DNA of 64,000 bases from assembly GCA_017381865.1 (NCBI GenBank), contig JAFOBJ010000085.1:5613-69612 (forward strand). The letters are read 5' to 3'. Both the position numbers and the translations under genes were made by a program. The notes under the pieces were generated by a model, which was given only the letters and a program-made list of their open reading frames with translations, was not told the DNA's origin and made no database searches. This DNA comes from Bacteroidales bacterium (lineage in GTDB: Bacteria > Bacteroidota > Bacteroidia > Bacteroidales > F082). Each line of letters starts with the position of its first letter. Within the stretch, counting starts at the first letter, position 1. Positions 37,224 through 45,717 of the stretch are shown here, piece after piece.

Positions 37224-38231
37224 ATGAAAAAACTTATTATTTCTTCAGTAATGATTTTGACATTATTCGCTTGTGCTAAAAACACATTCAAGATTGATGT
37301 CGAAATGACTAATGCAAACGGAAAACTCGTTTATCTCCAAAAGATAATAGACAACGAATTTGTTAATATTGATTCAGTATTGATAACAGATAATAAGGCG
37401 CACTTTGATGTCAAAAAAGAAGATAACAGCGATGTTTATCATATCTTTATTAAAGGATGGCGTCGCGCCTTACCTTTCTTCCCTGATAATGAAGATATTA
37501 TAATAAACGGCGACTTTAATAACTATAATAAAATAGCGATAAGTGCTGCAACAACACAGCAATATTTGGATAGCATAATAAAGGTACTTAATAATTCCAA
37601 CGATATTAAGAAAAATGAGATAATAACATCTTTAACCAAAGACGACAATCTAGGTCCTCATAGAAATGTTGCTCCTTATTTGATTTATCGCTATAAATGG
37701 CTTTTTACTTTAGATGAATTACGAGAATTTGTGACGTATTTTGACAACGAACAAACATCTTATTTAGGTGAAATTAAAGAATATATAAACCTCATGGAAC
37801 GCACTGAAGTAGGTCAGCCTTATATTGATTTTACAATGGATAATGTTGAAGGAGAAATTATTACATTGTCAGATTTGATAGGTAATAATAAACTTCTGAT
37901 GATAGATTTTTGGGCTGCATGGTGCCCTGACTGTCGCGCGGAAAATCCTAATATCGTAGCGGTTTATAATGATTTTAAAGACAAAGGTCTTGATATCATA
38001 AGCGTGTCGTTAGATACAGATAAAAATGCTTGGACGAAAGCAATCGCCGATGATGATTTGTCATGGAAAAATCATGTCTCTGAGTTGAAAGGCTGGGATT
38101 GTAGCGCTGCTACAGAATATGGCGTGGCTTGGATTCCTCAAAATTTTTTAATCGACATTGATGGAAATATTGTTGCTAAAAGCTTGAATGGCAATGATTT
38201 AAGAATATTTGTTGAAAATTATTTAAAGTGA
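37224..38231 (+). CDS. TlpA-like thiol:disulfide oxidoreductase lipoprotein (paralog)
   Basis: Lipoprotein signal LTLFAC; FWAAWCPDCRAENP active site. Same architecture as the upstream gene. Confidence 0.75.
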   Translation: MKKLIISSVMILTLFACAKNTFKIDVEMTNANGKLVYLQKIIDNEFVNIDSVLITDNKAHFDVKKEDNSDVYHIFIKGWRRALPFFPDNEDIIINGDFNNYNKIAISAATTQQYLDSIIKVLNNSNDIKKNEIITSLTKDDNLGPHRNVAPYLIYRYKWLFTLDELREFVTYFDNEQTSYLGEIKEYINLMERTEVGQPYIDFTMDNVEGEIITLSDLIGNNKLLMIDFWAAWCPDCRAENPNIVAVYNDFKDKGLDIISVSLDTDKNAWTKAIADDDLSWKNHVSELKGWDCSAATEYGVAWIPQNFLIDIDGNIVAKSLNGNDLRIFVENYLK

Positions 38232-38232
38232 T

Positions 38233-38739
38233 ATGGAAAAAGAAATAAAAATTTATAACTACGGATTAAACGAATTAAAGACTTATCTGTTTGTCTTACT
38301 GTTTGTTGCAGGTAATATCATTTTACCACAATTATGTCATTTGATTCCTGATGGCGGCAAAATGTTTTTACCGATTTACTTTTTCACTTTGGTTGCATCA
38401 TATAAATACGGTGTCAAAGTCGGATTGATAACAGCAGTTTTATCTCCAATAATTAATTCATTATTATTCGGAATGCCAGCTCTTGCTTTGCTTCCTGCAA
38501 TATTAACAAAATCTGTGGTTTTAGCATTGGTAGCATCTTTCGTTGCAAATAAAACTCATAAAATTTCAATTGTTAATTTGTTGATTGTTATTTTAACATA
38601 TCAATTCGTCGGAACATTAGCAGAATGGGCTATGACATCATCATTCTATGTAGCAATACAAGACTTCAGATTAGGAATTCCAGGAATGGTACTTCAAATA
38701 GTATTGACTTATTTTTTATTAACATCTAACAATTCATAA
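38233..38739 (+). CDS. Small polytopic membrane protein, ECF-transporter S-component-like
   Basis: 168 aa, 5-6 TM helices, no ATPase or T component adjacent. Confidence 0.4.
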   Translation: MEKEIKIYNYGLNELKTYLFVLLFVAGNIILPQLCHLIPDGGKMFLPIYFFTLVASYKYGVKVGLITAVLSPIINSLLFGMPALALLPAILTKSVVLALVASFVANKTHKISIVNLLIVILTYQFVGTLAEWAMTSSFYVAIQDFRLGIPGMVLQIVLTYFLLTSNNS

Positions 38740-38741
38740 GA

Positions 38742-39158
38742 ATGAATATCTATGAATTAAAAGATATTTTGTTAAAAGAAAATCACACTATTGTGATATA
38801 TAAAAGTGACGCTTCTGTTGTTGTTTCTGACGACAGGGGCGTTGCTCCATTAATGAAACTTTTAAAAGAAAATAAAGAACAACTTCGTGATTCAATGATA
38901 GCAGACAAAGTCATTGGAAAAGCTGCTGCTTTGCTTATGGTTTATGGTAAAGTTAAAGAAGTTTTCACTCCAACAATCAGTGTTCCTGCTATAGAAGTGT
39001 TTAAAAATCATAATGTTAAAATAACATATGATAAAATTGTTGAAAGAATTATCAACAGAAAAGGCGATGGTTTATGTCCGATGGAAACACTTTGTTTAAA
39101 TACTGATAATCCAGAAGAAGCATTTTTTAAAGTCAATGAGTTTATAAAAAAGACTTAA
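38742..39158 (+). CDS. DUF1893 (TM1506-like) domain protein
   Basis: 138 aa. GVAPLMKLL, DKVIGKAAALL and GDGLCPME resemble DUF1893 as I recall it. Confidence 0.4.
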   Translation: MNIYELKDILLKENHTIVIYKSDASVVVSDDRGVAPLMKLLKENKEQLRDSMIADKVIGKAAALLMVYGKVKEVFTPTISVPAIEVFKNHNVKITYDKIVERIINRKGDGLCPMETLCLNTDNPEEAFFKVNEFIKKT

Positions 39159-39181
39159 AAATATTTTTCAAAATTTCTAAA

Positions 39182-39778
39182 TTACAATTTTCTATCAGGA
39201 TTATTATTAATAAAGGTAAGCCAACTTGAACTAGCCGATTTTTTTTGTTTAGGAATTTTAACAGTTTTTGTTTCATCAACATTTCCAATTACATTTAAAG
39301 AACGTTGGAAATAATGACATACAGCAGCTGCTGTTGCATCTGTAGCATCAAGAAAATCAGGGAGATGATCAAACTTAATGATTTTCTGTAACATAATAGC
39401 CACCTGTTCTTTTGACGCTGCTCCATTACCAGTTATCGACTGTTTAATTTTACGAGGCGAATATTCAAAAATTGGAATATCTCTATATAAAGCTGCAGCC
39501 ATCGCAACACCTTGAGCTCTACCAAGTTTTAACATAGACTGCACGTTTTTACCAAAAAAAGGAGCTTCGATAGCCAATTCGTCAGGATGATATTCATCTA
39601 TTATTTCAAGAACTCTTTCAAAAATTTTCTTTAACTTTAAAGCTTGATTATCATATTGTTTCAACTTTAAAACACCCATTCTCAATAAAGAAAGCTGCTT
39701 GTCTTTCTGCAAAATCAAACTATAACCCATAATTAAAGTTCCAGGGTCGATGCCTAATATTATCCTTTCCTTCACCAA
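39182..39778 (-). CDS. ruvC: Crossover junction endodeoxyribonuclease
   Basis: ILGIDPGT N-terminus and [12 protein letters not shown] near the C-terminus. Confidence 0.9.
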   Translation of the reverse strand: MVKERIILGIDPGTLIMGYSLILQKDKQLSLLRMGVLKLKQYDNQALKLKKIFERVLEIIDEYHPDELAIEAPFFGKNVQSMLKLGRAQGVAMAAALYRDIPIFEYSPRKIKQSITGNGAASKEQVAIMLQKIIKFDHLPDFLDATDATAAAVCHYFQRSLNVIGNVDETKTVKIPKQKKSASSSWLTFINNNPDRKL

Positions 39779-39800
39779 TTTTTTTTATTTTTGTAGAGTT

Positions 39801-40784
39801 ATGATTAGTAAAGCAAAAATAAGAAAATTCACAGAAATATCAGTCAAAATAGTGATTGTACTATTAGGAGTGTGGATTTTATATAAAAAACTATTTCATA
39901 ATCAAAATATTACACAACTTTGGACTGACTTAAAATCGTCAGTTGTAACGACAAACAATATTATTCTAACATTACTTGCTTTACTTTTAGTTCCTGTTAA
40001 TATTTATTTAGAAGGTATTAAATGGAAATTTCAACTTAAACCTATTGAAAATATAAGTAATTGGAAATCATTCCTTTCTATTTTTACAGGAATTACAGCA
40101 GGAATGTTTTTTCCAAATAGAATGGGAAATTTTCTCGGGAGAATTTTCATGTTGGAAAAAGGCGATAGAATTAAAGCGGCGATGGTGACAATTGTCGGCG
40201 GAATGGGACAAATGATAGCTACAGTAAGCATTGGTTTAATTGCAGCTATATTTTTTGTTAAAAAACATTTAGTTTTATTAACAATCTCTGTCATTTTAAT
40301 AGTTGTGTTATTATTAATAATGTATTTCAACATACAATTCTTAAAATATTTTCAGTTTCTGATTCCTAAAAAATTTAAAGAAAAAACAAAAGAATATTTT
40401 GAAATATTCTCGCTTTACAGCAAAGTAGAATTGTTAAAAATTTTAGCAATTTCATTTTTAAGATATTTTATTTACACATTCCAATTCGTGATTTTGATAT
40501 GGGCTTTTAACATTCCATTAACATATTTTAAAGCGATGATACCAATTTCGTTAACATATATATTAATGATGATAATACCATTTATCACAATCACAGAAAT
40601 TGCAGTAAGAGGTTCTGTAAGTATTTTAGTTTTTGAAAAATGGTTAATTATCAATAACATAAGTACTTCATACGGAGTTATGGTATTTTCAGCTAGTTCG
40701 TTATTATGGATTTTTAACATTGCAATTCCATCTATTATCGGATTATTTTTAACATATCGCTTAAAATTTTTTAGGAAAAAATGA
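39801..40784 (+). CDS. Flippase-like (UPF0104 / lysylphosphatidylglycerol-synthase TM region) membrane protein
   Basis: Polytopic membrane protein. TATTTTTG -7 box at 39786-39793. 4-nt overlap with the downstream GT2 gene. Confidence 0.5.
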   Translation: MISKAKIRKFTEISVKIVIVLLGVWILYKKLFHNQNITQLWTDLKSSVVTTNNIILTLLALLLVPVNIYLEGIKWKFQLKPIENISNWKSFLSIFTGITAGMFFPNRMGNFLGRIFMLEKGDRIKAAMVTIVGGMGQMIATVSIGLIAAIFFVKKHLVLLTISVILIVVLLLIMYFNIQFLKYFQFLIPKKFKEKTKEYFEIFSLYSKVELLKILAISFLRYFIYTFQFVILIWAFNIPLTYFKAMIPISLTYILMMIIPFITITEIAVRGSVSILVFEKWLIINNISTSYGVMVFSASSLLWIFNIAIPSIIGLFLTYRLKFFRKK

Positions 40785-41914
40785 ATTTTGAATTATATCA
40801 TATGTTATTAAATATAATATTGATAATAAGTGCTTTATATCTTATTTTCATTATTGCATTTACATTTGGTTTATATAATTTAAAAGAAGTATTTTTCACG
40901 TTTAAAAATAAAAACAATGTTAAAGTATCTGTTTTGATTGCAGCTCGCAATGAAGGTAAAAATATTGATAAATTATTACAATCTCTTTATAATCAATCGT
41001 TTTCAAAAGAGTTATTTGAAGTCATAATTATTGATGATCATTCAGAAGATAATACGAAGTTAATAATTGAAGATTTCATAAAAGAACATAAAGACTTTAA
41101 CTTAAAAATTTTTAACGCAGAAAAAGAAGGTAAAAAACTTGCCATTTCACAAGCGTTACATTTATCTAAAAACGAATTTATTATAGTAACAGATGCCGAT
41201 TGTTCTTTAAACGAAACCTGGATAGAAAGCATTGTTAATTTTTATAAAGAAAAAGGCTGCAAAATGATTTTAGCACCAGTTTTACTGTCGCCAGCTGAAA
41301 CATTTTTTGAAAAGATTCAAGTTTTAGAACATTTGAGTTTGATTGGCAGCACTGCAGGATCAGCAGCGATTGGTTTTCCTGTGATGTGTAACGGAGCAAA
41401 TATGGCTTACGAAAAAGAAGCAGCTCTAGAAATCGAAAAAAAACGAAAAGATTTTAACATTCCATCTGGCGACGATATGTTCTTAATGGAACAATTTGTT
41501 AAAAAATATGGTGCTAAAAATGTTAAATTCTTATTAAGCAAATCTGCTATTGTTAAGACAAAAACATGCAAAACCATTTCAGAATTTTTCCGTCAAAGAA
41601 GAAGATGGGTTTCTAAAACCAAATCATATACTAGTTGGAAGATTATCTCTACAGCTTTGGTAGTTTTATTTTTCAATTTAAGCATAATTTCAGTGCTTAT
41701 AAGCGCATTTTTTAATCCAGCCTTATGGATTTATTATTTTTTATTAACATTCCTTAAATTCTTTATAGATTTACCTCTTTTAAAAAACATAACAACATTC
41801 ATGAATCAGGAAAGTCTTTTAAAATGGACTTTACTTCTTGAATTCATTTATCCTTTTTATGCTGTATTCACAGCTGTCAGTGGAATGTTAATAAATGTTA
41901 AGTGGAAACGTTAA
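40781..41914 (+). CDS. Glycosyltransferase family 2 (membrane-bound)
   Basis: VSVLIAARNE, IIIDDHSEDNT, VTDADC and QRRRW motifs; C-terminal TM helices. Confidence 0.8.
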   Translation: MNFELYHMLLNIILIISALYLIFIIAFTFGLYNLKEVFFTFKNKNNVKVSVLIAARNEGKNIDKLLQSLYNQSFSKELFEVIIIDDHSEDNTKLIIEDFIKEHKDFNLKIFNAEKEGKKLAISQALHLSKNEFIIVTDADCSLNETWIESIVNFYKEKGCKMILAPVLLSPAETFFEKIQVLEHLSLIGSTAGSAAIGFPVMCNGANMAYEKEAALEIEKKRKDFNIPSGDDMFLMEQFVKKYGAKNVKFLLSKSAIVKTKTCKTISEFFRQRRRWVSKTKSYTSWKIISTALVVLFFNLSIISVLISAFFNPALWIYYFLLTFLKFFIDLPLLKNITTFMNQESLLKWTLLLEFIYPFYAVFTAVSGMLINVKWKR

Positions 41915-42013
41915 AGTTATTCATTCAACAAATTCAAATACGCTTCAACTTACTTTATTCTTTTTAAATATTTTTAAAATTAAAATTAATATGAAAAAAT
42001 GAATGAATGAGTA

Positions 42014-42340
42014 ATTGTTGATAACTCTTTAATTTATTAAAAACCAATAAAGTATATATAGTTTTTATTGTTGATAACTTTGTTTAAACATGTTAACAAA
42101 CAAGGATAAAAATTGTTCAAAAGTCAAAAATGTTGATTTGTTAAAAAGTTTTAAAATAAATTTAACAGTTTTTTAAGTTATTAACAATAAAAATGTTGAT
42201 AACTTTTATAATATTGATTAGTAATAAGATACGAATTAAACGAATATTAGATTTTTTTTTGTAAAATATTCATAATTAGTGAGAAAAATAATATTTAATC
42301 ACAAAAATATTTTTTAATTTTGTAGAAATTTATCAACAAT
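42014..42340. repeat. Cluster of TGTTGATAA(C) boxes in a 432-bp AT-rich intergenic region
   Basis: Direct copies at 42016-42025, 42069-42078 and 42194-42203; a partial copy at 42131-42139; an inverted copy TTATCAACA at 42330-42338. Confidence 0.85.
42315..42322 (+). promoter_or_regulatory. -7 promoter box TAATTTTG upstream of rpiB
   Basis: Matches TAnnTTTG, 25 nt before ATG 42347. Confidence 0.45.
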
Positions 42341-42346
42341 TGTAAT

Positions 42347-42784
42347 ATGAAAAGATTAATTCCTATAGCTTGCGATCATGGTGGATTTGCCATGAAGCAA
42401 TATATCATTGAAAGACTGATAGAAAGCGGTTATGAAGTTAAAGATTATGGTACATTTTCAGAAGAAAGTGTAGATTATCCTGATTACATTCATCCATTGG
42501 CACAAGACATTCAAGACGACGTTTATCCACTTGGAATTATTTTGTGTGGAAGCGGCAACGGCGCACAGATGACAGCTAACAAACATCCAAACGTAAGAGC
42601 AGCTCTTTGTTGGAATGTTGAATTAGGAAGATTGGCTCGTCAACATAATGATGCTAATATTTTAACACTTCCAGGTCGTTTTATCGAAAACGAATTAGGC
42701 TGGGAAATAGTTCAAGCTTATTTAACAACTGATTTTGAAGGTGGCAGACACGCTAACAGAGTAGCAAAAATCAATCTTAAATAA
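42347..42784 (+). CDS. rpiB: Ribose-5-phosphate isomerase B
   Basis: IACDHGG, ILCGSGNG and RQHNDANIL motifs; 145 aa. Confidence 0.9.
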   Translation: MKRLIPIACDHGGFAMKQYIIERLIESGYEVKDYGTFSEESVDYPDYIHPLAQDIQDDVYPLGIILCGSGNGAQMTANKHPNVRAALCWNVELGRLARQHNDANILTLPGRFIENELGWEIVQAYLTTDFEGGRHANRVAKINLK

Positions 42785-42789
42785 AAAAT

Positions 42790-44166
42790 ATGAATGATAA
42801 AGGAATAGTTTTTAACAATAATGCAAAAAAAATTGCCTTCGATGACGAACATTATGAAATGATGATGTCTCGTTACGATTTTTTTATGCAAAATGTTAAA
42901 AACCGTTCCAATTATTATGCAAATATTGATTTAGAAAAGCAAAGAGCTTTTAACATAAGAAGCAAGGCTTTCAAAAAATTAGATAAGTTATTAGTCGATT
43001 TCGACACTAATTTTACTCAAAATGGTGGTAATTTATTGTGGGCCAACGATTCTGACGAAGCTAAAAAAATGATTTATGACATATTAAATCAGAATAAAGC
43101 AAAAAAAATCGTCAAGACAAAAAGTTTTACGATAGAAGAAATTGGACTAATATCTTATCTAGAAATGAAAAAAATCAAAGTCGTTGATACAAATATCGGC
43201 GATTTTGTTTGTAGTGTTTCAAATGAAACTCCGTACAATTTCAAATCGTCGGCAGCTCATAAAACAACAGAGCAAATAGCTGATTTATATACTAATAAAT
43301 TTGGTATAAAAGAAAATTGCAATGCAAAGCAACTTACTGCATTTACAAAAAATGTATTAAGAAACGACATTTACAATCCGGAAGTCATTATAACAGGCGC
43401 TAATTTTTTGGTTTCAAATACAGGCACTATTGTTTTGACTGAAAATGAAGGTAATATTCTGAAATCCAGTACTTTCGCTCCTATTCATATAGTGATTGCT
43501 GGTATCGATAAGATGATTACCTCAATGGACGAATTAGGCGTTTTGTTGCCTTTGTCGTCATTATACGATTCTAACAATAACATTTCTTCTTTATATACCT
43601 TCATTAATAAACCTTTAACACAAGATGATAAGGTTCAAAAGTTATATTTAATTTTACTTAACAATAACAGAACCAATATTTTATCAAAAGATAAACAAAG
43701 AAATATCTTATCTTGTGTTCAATGTGGAGCTTGTTTGGAAGTATGTCCTATTTATAATACTGTCGGTGGTCATACTTACGAAGAATACAATCCTGGACCA
43801 GTTGGTTCAATTTCTTTACCTTTATTAAAAAATATAGAAGAAACATCGCATTTCTGTTCTTTATGCACGCTATGTGGCAGATGCTCAGAGATTTGTCCTG
43901 TTAATATCCCTTTGAAAGATTTATTTTTAGAAAATAGAAAAGACCTTATTAAATTAGATAAATCGTTGGTAGGGGAGAGAAATTTTTTAAGCAATATAAT
44001 GAAAAAAATGATTAACAGAAAAAATCTTGACAAATATGGAGCTGGCTTTAAAGATATGGAATTAAGTTATTTCATAAAGAAAAAATGGGGCTCGAAAAGA
44101 GAGTTGCCAAAGTTTGCAAAAGAATCATTTTCAGAGTATTGGAAAAATATTAATAATATTAAATAA
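42790..44166 (+). CDS. LutB/LldF-like iron-sulfur protein (LUD domain plus 2x 4Fe-4S)
   Basis: CVQCGACLEVCP and CSLCTLCGRCSEICP ferredoxin motifs after a LUD-like domain. Confidence 0.65.
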   Translation: MNDKGIVFNNNAKKIAFDDEHYEMMMSRYDFFMQNVKNRSNYYANIDLEKQRAFNIRSKAFKKLDKLLVDFDTNFTQNGGNLLWANDSDEAKKMIYDILNQNKAKKIVKTKSFTIEEIGLISYLEMKKIKVVDTNIGDFVCSVSNETPYNFKSSAAHKTTEQIADLYTNKFGIKENCNAKQLTAFTKNVLRNDIYNPEVIITGANFLVSNTGTIVLTENEGNILKSSTFAPIHIVIAGIDKMITSMDELGVLLPLSSLYDSNNNISSLYTFINKPLTQDDKVQKLYLILLNNNRTNILSKDKQRNILSCVQCGACLEVCPIYNTVGGHTYEEYNPGPVGSISLPLLKNIEETSHFCSLCTLCGRCSEICPVNIPLKDLFLENRKDLIKLDKSLVGERNFLSNIMKKMINRKNLDKYGAGFKDMELSYFIKKKWGSKRELPKFAKESFSEYWKNINNIK

Positions 44167-44167
44167 G

Positions 44168-45697
44168 ATGAAGAAAACTATTTTACTTTTATTAGCTTTA
44201 TGCATTACATCAATGATGTTTGCAGATAATTTTGTGATGATTAAAGTTAAAGATCAACAAAATTTAAGAGAATTGTTTAACAAAAATGATGTAAACATTC
44301 ATTATTACAATGATAATTTCGTACTTGCTACATCAGAAAATTTGACTGACAACATGATTTTGTTAGATGAAAAATCTTTTGAAGACAATGAATTATATTA
44401 TATAGTTTATTGTGAAAAAGAAAATCAACAAAATTATATTGAAAGAGAAAATGTTGATGTTTTATTCAGCGATGATAATTTGTTAATTGTCAAATCTTTA
44501 AATAAAGAAGTCAAACCTGCTAAAAATGACGGTATGATTGTCGTTGATAAAAAATTAGCAAGATTGGCACAAGCACGTCGTGATTTTCCTTCAATTACAG
44601 AAGAAGACGAAATGACAAGAACTTTGATGGATGAAGTCAGCATTGAAAATTTAACAGCAACAGTTCAACATTTGCAAGATTACGGAAGAAGACAATATAA
44701 TACAGCACAAGCATACGAAGCTGGACAATGGATTTATGAACAATTTGAAAACTTAGGTTTGGATGTTGAACAATTTGAATTCAAACATGGAGTTAACGAA
44801 TCTTCACCAAATATCATTGCTACACAATGGGGAACAAAATATCCAGACAAATATGTTATTTGCGGAAGTCACTATGATTCAGAGAGATCTGGTCATGGCG
44901 GACAAGAAGCTCCAGGTGCTGATGACAATGCCACAGGTGTTGCAACAGTTTTAGAAACAGCTAGAATTTTATCAGAATATAGTTTTGAATATTCTATTAT
45001 TTATTGTTCGTTTTCAGCTGAAGAAATAGGTTTGGTTGGCAGTAAAGCTTACGCAGAATTCTGTGTAGATATGGGTTATGACATTGTTGCTTATTTCAAC
45101 AACGATATGAACGGATATTTACATCCAGGCAATGAAATTCACGTTGACTTGATTTATCCTGAAAATGTTGAAGTTCTTGGAGAATATTACAAAAACGTAG
45201 CTGGCGTTTATTTCCCAGAAATGGAAGTTCGTCATATAGAATTTACAAAAGGCACCAGCGACCATGAATCTTTCAACAACAACGGATTTATGGGAATTTA
45301 TCCTTTCGAAGACAAAGACAATTTTAGTCCTTACATTCACACATTAGAAGATGTTATAGGAACAAGTGTTAATTCTTTTGAACAATCACAACGTTTCACA
45401 CAAATGAACATAGCTTGTGTTGCAACATTAGCTACTTTATCAACAGAAAATATTATTGAAAATGAATATGATAATGTAACAGTTTTCCCAAATCCTGCTA
45501 AAAATATATTAACATTGACAGCAGATACAGAAGGAATGAAAAATGTTAAAATTGTTAATTCATTAGGACAAATTGTTAAAGAATTTTCATTTGAAACAAA
45601 AACTACTGTTGACATTAAAGATTTAAACAATGGTGTTTATTTTGTTAAAATATTAGGTGAAAATTCATTAACAAAGAAAATAGTTATTAGAGATTAA
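44168..45697 (+). CDS. M28 family aminopeptidase with T9SS CTD
   Basis: Signal peptide MKKTILLLLALCITSMMFA. GSHYDS, GADDNATG and SAEEIGLVGS zinc-site motifs. C-terminus VFPNPAKNILTL...GVYFVKI. Confidence 0.75.
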   Translation: MKKTILLLLALCITSMMFADNFVMIKVKDQQNLRELFNKNDVNIHYYNDNFVLATSENLTDNMILLDEKSFEDNELYYIVYCEKENQQNYIERENVDVLFSDDNLLIVKSLNKEVKPAKNDGMIVVDKKLARLAQARRDFPSITEEDEMTRTLMDEVSIENLTATVQHLQDYGRRQYNTAQAYEAGQWIYEQFENLGLDVEQFEFKHGVNESSPNIIATQWGTKYPDKYVICGSHYDSERSGHGGQEAPGADDNATGVATVLETARILSEYSFEYSIIYCSFSAEEIGLVGSKAYAEFCVDMGYDIVAYFNNDMNGYLHPGNEIHVDLIYPENVEVLGEYYKNVAGVYFPEMEVRHIEFTKGTSDHESFNNNGFMGIYPFEDKDNFSPYIHTLEDVIGTSVNSFEQSQRFTQMNIACVATLATLSTENIIENEYDNVTVFPNPAKNILTLTADTEGMKNVKIVNSLGQIVKEFSFETKTTVDIKDLNNGVYFVKILGENSLTKKIVIRD

Positions 45698-45717
45698 TAA
45701 TTAAAAACATAAAAGCT

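Noticed and set aside
41915-42346. A hidden small gene or structured RNA (tRNA, SRP RNA, RNase P, tmRNA) in this and the other large intergenic gaps (4117-4334, 26783-26938, 31909-32178, 53744-53908, 61505-61674).
   Set aside because: There are no ORFs beyond a few codons with a plausible start. No T-loop (GTTCGAATC-like) or other conserved RNA signature strings were seen, and the sequence is too AT-rich for stable cloverleaf-type folds. This cannot be excluded without covariance-model searches.
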